Assembly: GCA_965223535.1 (NCBI GenBank)
Contig: CBDCWN010000002.1
Coordinates: 59,721-123,720 of the forward strand
Source of the DNA: Nitrospira sp.
GTDB taxonomy: Bacteria; Nitrospirota; Nitrospiria; Nitrospirales; Nitrospiraceae
Length of the DNA: 64,000 bases
Direction of reading: 5' to 3'
Made by a program: the position numbers and the translations under genes. The notes under the pieces were generated by a model, which did no database searches, was not told the origin of the DNA, and saw only the letters and a program-made list of their open reading frames with translations. The first letter of the stretch is position 1, and each line of letters opens with the position of its first letter. Positions 9,840 to 19,441 of the stretch are shown one piece after another.

Positions 9840-12800
9840 GGGGTAACGGGAGGGAAGCTGCGATGGCACGCAACAGCCCTCCACTTCAGCGACGCAGTAT
9901 AGTTGCGTCCTGGTGACTGGAGTCACTAGGCTGCCCTCAAAAATGACGGGCGTGCCAGATCGAGCGTGAACTGGCCATATGGATTGATGTGCCCATGGAA
10001 CAGCGGCGTCAGGGCCCGATGATCCTCGGCGCTGAGCCGTCCCCAGAGTCCTTCCTGTTCAATCGTGCGCTCGACCAGAATCGTGTTGATCAGCATCAAG
10101 CAGTTTTGCAGTAACTGCAACGAGAGCGTCACCACTTCTTGTTGTTCACGGCTGTTGGTTGCCAACTCGCCTTGGCGACCGTAGCAGATAAAGTCATTCG
10201 TCGCATTCCAGTTTTCCACGACATTCAGCCCTTCGTGCACTTCGCGCTGGGTCTCGCGGGAGGACAGGTACTGGCACAGAAACAGGGTCTTGGCGGCCTT
10301 GCCCAGCTCGGTCAACGCTTTGTAGGTCGGGTGCGTCCGGTTATACGAGTTATAGCGCTTCAGAATCGCGTCCGCGCTGGCCGTGCCCTGCTTGAGGGCC
10401 ACGGTGGCCTTCACCATCTCATCGTATTGCTGTTCGATCCATTCAAACCGGATGGGCCGAGCAAAGGTGCCGGCGAGATGGGGATATTCCGCAGCCGTCC
10501 CAGGGCCGGGCAGATACAGGCGCTCATATTTGATGCGCTTGAGCCGCGGCATGAGGCGCACGGTGCTGAGCAGGTCGCAAAACGCAAAGGCGACCTCTGA
10601 TTGACCGTGACTGTCCACGAAATTCTTCTCGACCCGCATATCCGTGTCGTGGCGCACGAGGCCTTCGATCATGGCCGCCACCTCGGAGTTGGAAAAACTC
10701 TTCAGCTGCGAGTAAATGCAGACGGCGTTGGTCTCCACGTGCCAATAGACCATGACCCCGTAGCCGTTGTACCGGGCTCGCCACTCGGTCATGGGGTTCT
10801 GCTTCCAACTCTCAAATTTGGTGGCATCCGATGCACAACTGCTGGCGCCCTGACCCCAGAGCTGTGGGTTCCGCAACGCCAGGAGTCGATTGACTACAGC
10901 GGCATTGGCGTTGCGCAGCGCCTCCGGCGAGAAGTACATCTTGCGCACATACAGGAGCTCGTCGTAGCTGTAGTGGTGGTTGGCGTTGGCCACCCGCCGG
11001 ATGCCCGTGTTCGTCCCTTCGGCAAACAGATCCAGGATCAATAAGGGACGCAATGCCTCGCGGGAACGCACTTCCTTGGTACCGGAATGCGTAAAGAAGC
11101 GCGTGAAGTCGACCAGCCGATCGGCTTCCACGAACACATCGAGCAAGTCCAAAATTCCGTACTGCGTGGTGATCGCCTCTTTGATGAGGCCAAGACTGTG
11201 CGCTTCAGGCTGTCGCTCCAGCTTGGTGAGCGCCCATAAGCCACGCTCCTCATTCTTATTGGGATGGAAGATGCGCACATGATTCAGTTGTGGCATGGTG
11301 CGGTTGAAGGCGGTTAAGCTCTCCACCAGGCGTGTCTTGAGCGTGCGCACGAACGTCTGTGCATCCACCGGCTTGCCCAACGCTTCGTAGTGGAGCCGGC
11401 GGCGCGGCTCATCACCCCAGTCACGCGGCATATCCTCGCTTGGATTGCGAAAGGCGTAGGATCCTTCGACCCAAATCTCCTTGCATTTCAGCGCCCGCTG
11501 AAGTTTCTGGAGCACGCAGAGTTCGTAATACCGCCGATGGATCTTCCGTTCACCTGCGATCGCGTCACACACCTTCTCTTCCCAGGCTGGGGTGACAACC
11601 CCCTCGAGCGGGATTGTTTCCTCCGCCGGGAAGTATCGATGGGAGCTCTGCACATGTCGTTGAATGGGAGCCAGCGCATCGAGGACGGGCTGAAAGCGAT
11701 TGTCGCTCCGAAAGGTGAGGGTCTCCAGGAGGAGGGGCAGGATGCGCCGGTAGTGACGCGCAAACTTACGCTGCATGATGGCTTGTCGAAGCAGACGCAG
11801 ATTGGGTCCGGTCAGATCAAACTCGGCCACCAGGTGCTGAAACGTTTCCTCCTTCACGCGTGGGAAGAGCACCTCACGAACAATCCCATCCGGAGACTCA
11901 ATGACGGCCTTGGCGACTGTCGACAAAATCTGCAGCTTGCCATCCACGCGTTGGAGATCGGCCAACCACTCGCGGTGAAGCTGCTTCTCTGAGCGCACGT
12001 CGAGGCGGTGGATGAGTTCAATGGCCATGCGGGTCACGTCATCGGTCACTTCCAGGCCTCGCATGTGGAGCACAGACCCCATCAGGGCATACCGGATCTC
12101 GTCGCTGTGCTCGCGCATGTCGCTGGCCTTCTCGTTCATCGCCCGCCGTCGCAAGGTCTGGAGCACTTTCCACGGGACGCGCTCAAACGGATCCGGCGAC
12201 AGCCCCACGGCGCGAATCGCCCGCAGCTTCTCCACCTCGGCTTCAAATTGACCGACCCCTGGTTTCCCGGGATCCGCCTTGATCCGTTCAAACTCGGAGA
12301 TGACGCGTCCCTCAGGCACCACTAAGAGAGCGTCGATGCGGAGGCGCACCTCGGGAGGAATGGCGGCCGCGATGTGCCGTTGGGTATCCTGAAAAAACCC
12401 GCTCAGTGCACTCTGGACGACGCGTTGGAGTTCGCCTTCGGCAGGTAATTCCACCCGGAAAGACCGCAGCCGGTGGCAGGCGCACGCGAACAGGCCGTCC
12501 AGTGTGTGGACCTCATACGCGGCTTTTTGCTGCAACCATTGTTCGAGGTCGTCCTTGTCGAAGGCGTCGCAGGGACGCCATCCCGTATAACGTCGGATCA
12601 ATGACAGATGGTGATCCCGCGTGCGACTCTCCCAGGCATAGGGCTCAGAGCAATCCCACAACAGACCAAGCTGACTGGCGACAAACGTGCGGACTTCCGG
12701 CGGGACCTCCTCCAGCCCGTCGGGGACGTGGCCTAAGTAGTCGAGGGCTTTGAGCAGGAGCGCCATCCCACACCGATTCACATCGGTGCGACATCCGAAA

Positions 12801-13088
12801 ACCAACTCGAGATCGGCAGGAGTCAAGAGAAAGAATTCGACGAGCTCCTCATGGGTATAGGACGCTCGAAAGTGAGGATAGCCCTCGCCCATCGCCGCAC
12901 CAGCCTCCGCATCAACACGGCTTCACGTAGGCAGAACGGGCAATTTTAGGGCGTCATGAGCGGAATAGCTAGATTCAACCCTCCGTCGTGGGAGGAGAGG
13001 GCCAGGGGCAATACGAAATGTGGACGTGTGTGTGAGGCTGATTCGAGCTCGCTATTGCGTGCCATCGCAGCTTCCCTCCCGTTACCCC
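9840..13088 (-). mobile_element. Resolvase-less Tn3-family element A, copy 1 (3249 bp)
   Basis: 38-bp IRs GGGGTAACGGGAGGGAAGCTGCGATGGCACGCAA(C/T)AGC at 9840-9877 and 13051-13088. Only tnpA lies inside. Confidence 0.93.
9926..12892 (-). CDS. tnpA: Tn3-family transposase (element A)
   Basis: 988 aa with DDE motifs CASDATKF, FVDSHGQSE and GLNVVE, and C-terminal HINPYG. Confidence 0.95.
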   Translation of the reverse strand: MGEGYPHFRASYTHEELVEFFLLTPADLELVFGCRTDVNRCGMALLLKALDYLGHVPDGLEEVPPEVRTFVASQLGLLWDCSEPYAWESRTRDHHLSLIRRYTGWRPCDAFDKDDLEQWLQQKAAYEVHTLDGLFACACHRLRSFRVELPAEGELQRVVQSALSGFFQDTQRHIAAAIPPEVRLRIDALLVVPEGRVISEFERIKADPGKPGVGQFEAEVEKLRAIRAVGLSPDPFERVPWKVLQTLRRRAMNEKASDMREHSDEIRYALMGSVLHMRGLEVTDDVTRMAIELIHRLDVRSEKQLHREWLADLQRVDGKLQILSTVAKAVIESPDGIVREVLFPRVKEETFQHLVAEFDLTGPNLRLLRQAIMQRKFARHYRRILPLLLETLTFRSDNRFQPVLDALAPIQRHVQSSHRYFPAEETIPLEGVVTPAWEEKVCDAIAGERKIHRRYYELCVLQKLQRALKCKEIWVEGSYAFRNPSEDMPRDWGDEPRRRLHYEALGKPVDAQTFVRTLKTRLVESLTAFNRTMPQLNHVRIFHPNKNEERGLWALTKLERQPEAHSLGLIKEAITTQYGILDLLDVFVEADRLVDFTRFFTHSGTKEVRSREALRPLLILDLFAEGTNTGIRRVANANHHYSYDELLYVRKMYFSPEALRNANAAVVNRLLALRNPQLWGQGASSCASDATKFESWKQNPMTEWRARYNGYGVMVYWHVETNAVCIYSQLKSFSNSEVAAMIEGLVRHDTDMRVEKNFVDSHGQSEVAFAFCDLLSTVRLMPRLKRIKYERLYLPGPGTAAEYPHLAGTFARPIRFEWIEQQYDEMVKATVALKQGTASADAILKRYNSYNRTHPTYKALTELGKAAKTLFLCQYLSSRETQREVHEGLNVVENWNATNDFICYGRQGELATNSREQQEVVTLSLQLLQNCLMLINTILVERTIEQEGLWGRLSAEDHRALTPLFHGHINPYGQFTLDLARPSFLRAA

Positions 13089-13262
13089 CATGAGAAGCGC
13101 TCCGGCAACCGTGAGGTCTTGTCAGAGGGGAGGCGATCCCAGAAGAGAGGCCGTGGGGTCGGGCCGAGGGAGGGACATTGACTGAAGCGAATTCTGGAGA
13201 GGGGCGAAGAACAAGGGGCGGTGGATACGCAACCGCCCCAGAACATTGCTCATGTCCCTTGT

Positions 13263-13742
13263 CTACTCGACGGATACCACGATCCGACGCGATCGGTCCT
13301 TGGCTTCGGGCGTCCAGGGTATTCGAACAGCCAGCACTCCATGCTTGCAGGCAGCCTCGGTCTTCGAGACATCGACGCCGTCCGGCAAGGCCACACTTCG
13401 ATGAAACGCGGTGTAGCGACGGCCACGGCCTTCCCCGTTGCCATCACGCCATTCACGCTCGTCCTCATAACTGACATGGAGCATACCAGGCCGGACGGTG
13501 ACATTGAGGTGTTTCGGGTCCAGTCCGGGGATGTCGGCACGGAGAAGCACGTGCTCGTCCGTCTCGTCCATCTCGATCCCAGAGCCGCCCCCGGCAAACC
13601 GAGACCATCCCGTCTCCAAGGGCGACATGAGAAACCGATCAAACAGCTGATTGATGTCATCGCGTAACGACAGAACCTCCTGCGTGTCGACCGGTTTCCG
13701 TTTCCACGGAATCATGTCTTTGAGTTTGCTCATGAGCTCCAT
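13263..13742 (-). CDS. Small heat shock protein (Hsp20/alpha-crystallin)
   Basis: Motifs LRADIPG, FHRSVALP and ACKHGVLAVRIP. SD AAGGAGG precedes the ATG at 13742. Confidence 0.88.
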   Translation of the reverse strand: MELMSKLKDMIPWKRKPVDTQEVLSLRDDINQLFDRFLMSPLETGWSRFAGGGSGIEMDETDEHVLLRADIPGLDPKHLNVTVRPGMLHVSYEDEREWRDGNGEGRGRRYTAFHRSVALPDGVDVSKTEAACKHGVLAVRIPWTPEAKDRSRRIVVSVE

Positions 13743-13978
13743 GGCGTCTCCTCCTTTCTTCCAGTTGGTACAGTGGACATTCCCTTCACCGATTTCGATA
13801 AGGCTCCTCACGCGCCGGTCAAGTCCTCGTATGCGACGTTCCACTGGTTCCTCTAGGGTAGACCTCAGGTCACCAGATCTGTCGTGGAAATCGAGGGTGA
13901 TTTCTTGTCACCCTTGGGAATACAGCATGAGCGATTGAGTTTTGGCCGTCCCCACATGAACCTCTCGACACCGGATAT

Positions 13979-14110
13979 TCACCATTTTGTCGATTTCCGG
14001 TCCGTCCGCCACGTCATCCACGCGCTCACCATGAACGCCAGGATGATCAGGCCGAAGACGACCAAGCCCATCACTTCAGTGCGCGGTAACGCGGCAAGTA
14101 ATTCTCTCAT
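13979..14110 (-). CDS. Putative 43-aa single-TM microprotein (MRELLAALPRTEVMGLVVFGLIILAFMVSAWMTWRTDRKSTKW)
   Basis: Translated by hand. GGAG SD, hydrophobic stretch and basic tail. Confidence 0.4.
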   Translation of the reverse strand: MRELLAALPRTEVMGLVVFGLIILAFMVSAWMTWRTDRKSTKW

Positions 14111-14128
14111 CGCGAGGTCTCCCGCTCT

Positions 14129-14398
14129 TCACCGACCTTTTCTGCCACCCGTGCGCATGATGTCGTTGAGGAGGCGATCCCGATGACGCATGATCATCGC
14201 CCGCCGCCTGGGCCGATCGAGCGACCACCAGCGCAGAGGGCGACTAAAGCGAACAGTCGGCGGCGGGATATTTCGTAAGACGGCTGGGTGCTGAAAGTCA
14301 TAGCCTGCAGCCTGTTGTCTGCCAACCGCAGTTGCGGGCTGAACGATGGCGGCATCGAACGTCCCTGCTAGAACTGTACTTGCACTTCTCGGTTCCAT
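14129..14398 (-). CDS. Hypothetical protein (89 aa)
   Basis: ORF with GGAG SD before the ATG at 14398, co-oriented with neighbours. No recognised motif. Confidence 0.35.
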   Translation of the reverse strand: MEPRSASTVLAGTFDAAIVQPATAVGRQQAAGYDFQHPAVLRNIPPPTVRFSRPLRWWSLDRPRRRAMIMRHRDRLLNDIMRTGGRKGR

Positions 14399-14678
14399 GG
14401 CGAATCTCCATCCTCTTGGCACTTCCTCTCTCCAATTGTGGAAGCACAACGCTATCCCGCTACTCAGTCGTGACACTTCACCACCCACAAGAGACCATTC
14501 ACGCGTCTCTCGTTCTTGCGATGGGTGATGGTTCGTGACTGATTAGGGAAGTCATCATGCAGTGTCATCATCCGTCCACGCCTGACGACTCCGCGTGACT
14601 GACAACGCAGGTAATTCCGTTCGAACACAAGTCAAGACCGACAGGACGCTGATTCAGGAGATGGACTGGGCCAATCTC

Positions 14679-14706
14679 TTGACCAAGACAAAACGAGAAT
14701 TATGAT
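14679..14706 (+). promoter_or_regulatory. Sigma70-like promoter upstream of hsp20
   Basis: TTGACC, 16-bp spacer, TATGAT, about 95 bp upstream of the ATG at 14802. Confidence 0.4.
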
Positions 14707-14801
14707 ACTCGTGAACGCAAGAGCACCGCGTATGAAGGCATACCTTACATCCATACGGGGTGGCCCTGCGCATGTGGTCACACCACGAAAGGAGGTTCAT
14801 C

Positions 14802-15251
14802 ATGAATCTGGTACGCTGGGATCCATTTCGGGAGTTGGAAGATATGAGCCATCGGCTCAACCGACTATTAGCCGGAAAAGACGTGAAGAGCCACGACGGA
14901 ACGGACACCATAATAACGGCCGATTGGGTCCCTCCCGTCGACATCAGCGAGACCGATCAGGAATTTCAGGTCAAGGCGGAGCTTCCAGGGATCAAGAAGC
15001 AGGACATCAAGGTCACGTTGGAGGGCGGCATCCTCACGTTGCAAGGTGAGCGACCGGAGGAGCAAGAGGACAAGGGTCGTCGAATTCATCGCGTGGAACG
15101 GTCCTATGGACGGTTCGTCAGAAGTTTTACGCTTCCCGATGTGGTCGACGCAACTAAGGTCAATGCGGAATTCAAAGATGGGGTGCTGACGTTGCGCCTG
15201 CACAAATCACCAGCGGCTGTCCCCAAGGCCATTGAGGTGAAGGTCGCGTAA
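14802..15251 (+). CDS. Small heat shock protein (Hsp20)
   Basis: MNLVRWDPFRELE...DWVPPVDISET...RVERSYGRFVRSFTLP...FKDGVLTLRL. SD AAGGAGG. Confidence 0.95.
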   Translation: MNLVRWDPFRELEDMSHRLNRLLAGKDVKSHDGTDTIITADWVPPVDISETDQEFQVKAELPGIKKQDIKVTLEGGILTLQGERPEEQEDKGRRIHRVERSYGRFVRSFTLPDVVDATKVNAEFKDGVLTLRLHKSPAAVPKAIEVKVA

Positions 15252-15279
15252 CTACCCTCTGCCAACCCTGTCATCGAGG

Positions 15280-15312
15280 AGCAGCCCGTTGTTCGAGAAT
15301 GGACGGGCTGTT
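15280..15312. terminator. GC-rich hairpin between convergent genes
   Basis: AGCAGCCCGT / ACGGGCTGTT stem. No clear U-tract. Confidence 0.3.
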
Positions 15313-15442
15313 CCCCCCTCTCATCGACTCTGGCGACTCAGTCTGCTCGCCACTGTTCTTGTCGGAGTCGAGGTGGTCGTTCTGATGACGGTTGGATTCT
15401 AAGTGGAGCAGCAGCCAAGCTGGTTGCTCATGGCGAGAGTCA

Positions 15443-15610
15443 TCAAGAGGCGTCTCGCCGGGGCTGTCGTGCATCGGGTCCGGCGAACGGATTGCTCGAC
15501 CGTGAGTGCGTGTCGTGATTGCCGAATAGATATATAACCAGGTACGCCATGGCAGTCGCCATGGCTACGACAATCCCTCCCATCGTGAGCGTGGCGATCA
15601 GTTCAGCCAT
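15443..15610 (-). CDS. 55-aa single-TM microprotein
   Basis: MAELIATLTMGGIVVAMATAMAYLVIYLFG... with SD AAGGAG. Confidence 0.55.
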   Translation of the reverse strand: MAELIATLTMGGIVVAMATAMAYLVIYLFGNHDTHSRSSNPFAGPDARQPRRDAS

Positions 15611-16269
15611 ATCTCGTTGCTCCTTGATGGTTGATACAGATCCGCGGAGATGATCTCGACTCCTTAGTTTAGGGTCAACCCCCTGCGTGCGCGTGCGGCG
15701 CATTTGGAGAATCGCCTCCGACAAGCGATCGCGAAGAGGCATGCTCACGGGCGATCTCATTACAGTATCCGTGACAGTTCGCTTTACCATGCGGTGCCGT
15801 AAGGGGAGGTAATAACAGGAAAAAGAAAATCAAGTTGGATAGGAGACGAGGAGGTATCCGGGACGGTGAACAGCACGATCCTCCTCAATCGTCGGCTGAG
15901 AGGCTTATAGAATTGGAGAGAGACTCATGTCCATCGTGTGGTGCACCAGTCGATGCACCCAGCGTAAGGACTGGCACGGATTGTCAAGAATGTCTCAAGC
16001 ACTCAGTGCCTTGTACCTTTTCTCATCTCCCCCTCTTGACTCATCTTATTTTGGAATTACTCGTATTATCAGAATTGACAGACTGGACTGGATGGACGTT
16101 GGTGAAGGGCCCACTGTCTAGCCACCTGTCATAGCGGTGTGCACCTCGGCCCTTCACGCAGTCCTCCCGCTCCAGCGTAACGATTTCTAACAAACTGCTG
16201 ACCCGTGTGGAAGGGTCTCGCCATGACTTTGGCGAGCCCACGCTCGGTCATGGAAGGGAGGTGAACACG

Positions 16270-16446
16270 ATGATGGACATGAGCTCCATGATTGATGCGG
16301 GCCTGGCGCTCGGTGGGGCGATGGCGGTAGTGCTGATGGGAATGGCGATGGTGTCTTCGGACTCCACCACCGTGTCCATGTCCTCCGACGAAATTAGACG
16401 TCAATCCGACGACACCCAGTATCCGCCTCTTCAGGCTGCGGCCTAG
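16270..16446 (+). CDS. 58-aa single-TM microprotein (paralog of 56437-56613)
   Basis: SD context GGAGGTGAACACG-ATGATGGA. Same length and pattern as the ORF at 56437-56613. Confidence 0.7.
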   Translation: MMDMSSMIDAGLALGGAMAVVLMGMAMVSSDSTTVSMSSDEIRRQSDDTQYPPLQAAA

Positions 16447-16488
16447 TTGAGGGCGGTGCGGTTGCCGTACTGAATCCGGGAGGAAACG

Positions 16489-16578
16489 ATGATGACGTAT
16501 CACTGGCAAATGTGGAACGCACAAGTCCTGGGAAGGGCTGATTATTTCTCGTGGCCACATCAGCGGTGGTCGCGATAA
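16489..16578 (+). CDS. Putative 29-aa Trp-rich microprotein (MMTYHWQMWNAQVLGRADYFSWPHQRWSR)
   Basis: Translated by hand. GGAGG SD 5 nt upstream; lies in a tandem gene string. Confidence 0.4.
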   Translation: MMTYHWQMWNAQVLGRADYFSWPHQRWSR

Positions 16579-16646
16579 AGGAACAGGGACATCTTCACGG
16601 GATGTCCCTGGTGCGAGTTGAAGACAGAGGAAAGGAGGGACCGACG

Positions 16647-17321
16647 ATGCCAATCACATTCAGAATGGTAACCATACTCGTGATGCTCTGCCTGGTCCTG
16701 GGATTGGTGGCCACGCCGGGCATCGCCACAGAAGGTGTGTCAACGGACGCCACACTCCCGCGTGCCTTTCAGAACGCTCAGTTCGGGATGACGCTGTCTG
16801 AATTCACAGCGGTCGTCCCTGAGGCGAAGCCAGTGTCCCTCGGAGGGCGTGATCACGCTGACCGGACGGTGGTGGTGCCATCACAAGAACGGCCCCTCCA
16901 CCGCATTGAATATCGTTTCTCCGATCGGCTCCGGGAATTCATCCTTTATTATGTGTATGCCGATGTCCCTGGTGGGTATGCTGGACTGCTCACACAATTA
17001 CGAGAGTCGTATGGGAAGCCCATAAAACAGAATCTGTACGAATATTATACGAAACCCGAAGCCTACTCAGAAAAGAAGACGATCTGGAAGGATCGTGCCA
17101 CGATGGCCACTTTGACGGAGATTCGTAAACTGAATGGTGACCAACGCGAACTGAGCGTGACGATCACCGATCTCACGGGTCAACCGGCTTCGGGGGAAGG
17201 GCAAGCGCGTCACGCACAAGAACGGAGTATCCCGATTCCAGTGCCGGAGGACCGGACTTCGAACGAACAGACGGCGGTGCCGGACCGAGCTGGGGCACAG
17301 ATCAAGCAGGCACGTGGGTGA
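16647..17321 (+). CDS. Exported hypothetical protein (224 aa)
   Basis: SD AAGGAGG and a signal peptide (MPITFRMVTILVMLCLVLGLVATPGIA). Confidence 0.7.
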   Translation: MPITFRMVTILVMLCLVLGLVATPGIATEGVSTDATLPRAFQNAQFGMTLSEFTAVVPEAKPVSLGGRDHADRTVVVPSQERPLHRIEYRFSDRLREFILYYVYADVPGGYAGLLTQLRESYGKPIKQNLYEYYTKPEAYSEKKTIWKDRATMATLTEIRKLNGDQRELSVTITDLTGQPASGEGQARHAQERSIPIPVPEDRTSNEQTAVPDRAGAQIKQARG

Positions 17322-17405
17322 GGGAGTGTGGGGAGAGAAGGACCCTGATTTGGTGAACTCATTGAAGACTACTCGTGGGGTGAGTGCGAAAGGAGGTGGT
17401 CGGCC

Positions 17406-17489
17406 ATGAAAGTGCTCTCTTGGATTCGGGCGCTGGTGGCGACCTGGCTCATCGTGGCGCCGATCATGGTCGCGATCCGAATCCTGTGA
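17406..17489 (+). CDS. Putative 27-aa hydrophobic microprotein (MKVLSWIRALVATWLIVAPIMVAIRIL)
   Basis: Translated by hand. GGAGGT SD. Confidence 0.45.
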   Translation: MKVLSWIRALVATWLIVAPIMVAIRIL

Positions 17490-17578
17490 TCGAGTTATCA
17501 CAGAGCAGATCGTTGAATCCTATCGAAGAATGCGTGAACACGAGCCGATGACGCATAGGAAGGGAGGGGGAAGAAGCA

Positions 17579-17749
17579 ATGAAACATCTACCATGGTTCG
17601 TAGCAGCGGTCGGGGGCTGGCTCATCGCCGTGCCGTTTCTGCTCAACGAGGCCGGGACTGACATGGCAACACAGAATGGTGTCGGGGTGGGTCTGGTGAT
17701 GGTGGTAAGCGCACTCGTGTGGGGATTCTCGAAATGGGTCTGGCAGTGA
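17579..17749 (+). CDS. 56-aa two-TM protein, SPW-repeat-like
   Basis: MKHLPWFVAAVGGWLIAVPFLL...NGVGVGLVMVVSALVWG. SD GGAGG. Confidence 0.55.
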   Translation: MKHLPWFVAAVGGWLIAVPFLLNEAGTDMATQNGVGVGLVMVVSALVWGFSKWVWQ

Positions 17750-18091
17750 TGTATGTACCCAACATACGAGCTAGAAGGGGCGTGGCATGATGGTAGCCAA
17801 GCCCCTCACTAATTGGTGTCGTCACAGGGAATCACAATCCCGACTACGCAGTAGGCAGTGGATGATGCTCGCACGGCGTGTTCGTCCTATCAACACCTGC
17901 CGTGTGGTCGGCCTCCCCATCTCACACAGGACTAGGGGTTTTGCCAGTCCTGATCTGCGGGAGGATCGCGATACTCGATCGATGGTCGTGCTCATTCCAA
18001 ATGAGACGAAGCGGCCGGCATCCTCGGACGGATGCCGGTTCGATCTCTCGATGTGCTCAATGTGTATGTACTGCGTGAAAGGAGGACTCAC

Positions 18092-19045
18092 ATGACGCGT
18101 CTGACTCTCTTAACATGGGCTCTTGCCGTGTCTTTCTTGAGCGTGGGAGTGGTCTTGCCCACGGGTGTCTGTGCCGCCGATGCCCAACAACCTGCAAAAA
18201 AAGCCGAGCCTCAAACCAAGGCCCAGGCATCTCAGAAAGGCGAGACTCAATCCAAAGCCTCCCAATCGGTGCAGCCAGAGGTTGACAAACAAACGGCGGA
18301 TGCCGCCACCGAAAAACGAAAGAAACTACTAGCTGAGGCGACGGCCGCCCTCGATGAATCCAAGAAGGCGCTCAAGGCGTTGGACGAGAACAAACCGGAC
18401 CGCGCGTTGGCGGCCCTGGCCGCGGTGACGGGGAAACTCGAAGTCATCGTGGCGCGGGAACCTGCCCTGGCGTTGGCCCCTGTGGATGTCCAGGTTGTGA
18501 CGGAGGACGTACTGGCCAGTCCGGAAACCATCAAGACGACCATCGAGAAAGCCAAGGAGTATCTCGACGATGGAGACATTCAAAAGGCCCGTCCGTTGGT
18601 GGCGTCGCTGTCCAGCGAAATTCAATATCGGATCATCAATATTCCGCTGGCCACCTATCCGGATGCGATCAAAGCCATTACGCCCTTAATTGACGACGGG
18701 AAGATCAAGGAGGCGAAGACCGCGTTGCAGGCAGCCCTCAATACTCTGGTGGTGACAACCGAAGTGGTCCAGCTACCTAAGCTGCGAACAGAACAGTTAC
18801 TGAAACATGCACAGGAACTTGCGGAAAAGCAGGATCGGAGCAGCACCGAAAATACGGAATTGGCTGATATTCTTCACGCCGCGCGCAAGCAACTGGAACG
18901 AGGCGAGGTGCTGGGGTATGGCAATAAGGAGGCCTATCAACCTCTCTATGAGCAGCTCGATGAGTTGGAGAAAAAATCCTCCGGCGGCAAAAGTGGCAAG
19001 GGGTGGTTCGACAAGATCAAGAAACAGCTTTCGGAGCTGTTCTAA
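18092..19045 (+). CDS. yfdX: YfdX-family periplasmic protein
   Basis: Signal peptide and helical pattern ALKALDENKPDRALAALAAVTGKLE...IPLATYPDAIK...ALQAALNTLV. SD AAGGAGG. Confidence 0.75.
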   Translation: MTRLTLLTWALAVSFLSVGVVLPTGVCAADAQQPAKKAEPQTKAQASQKGETQSKASQSVQPEVDKQTADAATEKRKKLLAEATAALDESKKALKALDENKPDRALAALAAVTGKLEVIVAREPALALAPVDVQVVTEDVLASPETIKTTIEKAKEYLDDGDIQKARPLVASLSSEIQYRIINIPLATYPDAIKAITPLIDDGKIKEAKTALQAALNTLVVTTEVVQLPKLRTEQLLKHAQELAEKQDRSSTENTELADILHAARKQLERGEVLGYGNKEAYQPLYEQLDELEKKSSGGKSGKGWFDKIKKQLSELF

Positions 19046-19441
19046 TTCTACCGTGGTTCGGGTTCTATCCCGCTTCGGCGGAACACCTCAGTACGGTTCA
19101 GCATGAGCCAGGAGGGTGTCAAGACGTCGAGACGGATATTTATACTGCGGAGTCGAAGCCTGAAGCGGGCATAATCTTGGACACGCGGGGATGATGGGAA
19201 GCCACCTCGCCGCTGAACGGCGCGTTAGGGTCAATCTCTTCGGCCAAGAGCGACAAGAGGTGTGCCAGTCCTCTAACCAGTGACTAGGTCGTTGTTTGCA
19301 ACGGGCAAGCTCAGGATGACGAGCTGAACCAGTTGCGTCGGAACTTTATCCCAGCGTGTAGCGCGAACATGAGAATCGGTGCATGTTCAATCGGGCGATC
19401 TCGGGCACGGTCTCGCGAGGCACCACGGAGGAACAGGAACG

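Noticed and set aside
16030-16041. CCCCTCTTGAC as a sigma32 -35 element (also at 57655-57666)
   Set aside because: No CCCCAT -10 follows, and CTTGAC occurs at several ordinary promoters in the window. No CIRCE or HAIR operator was found either.
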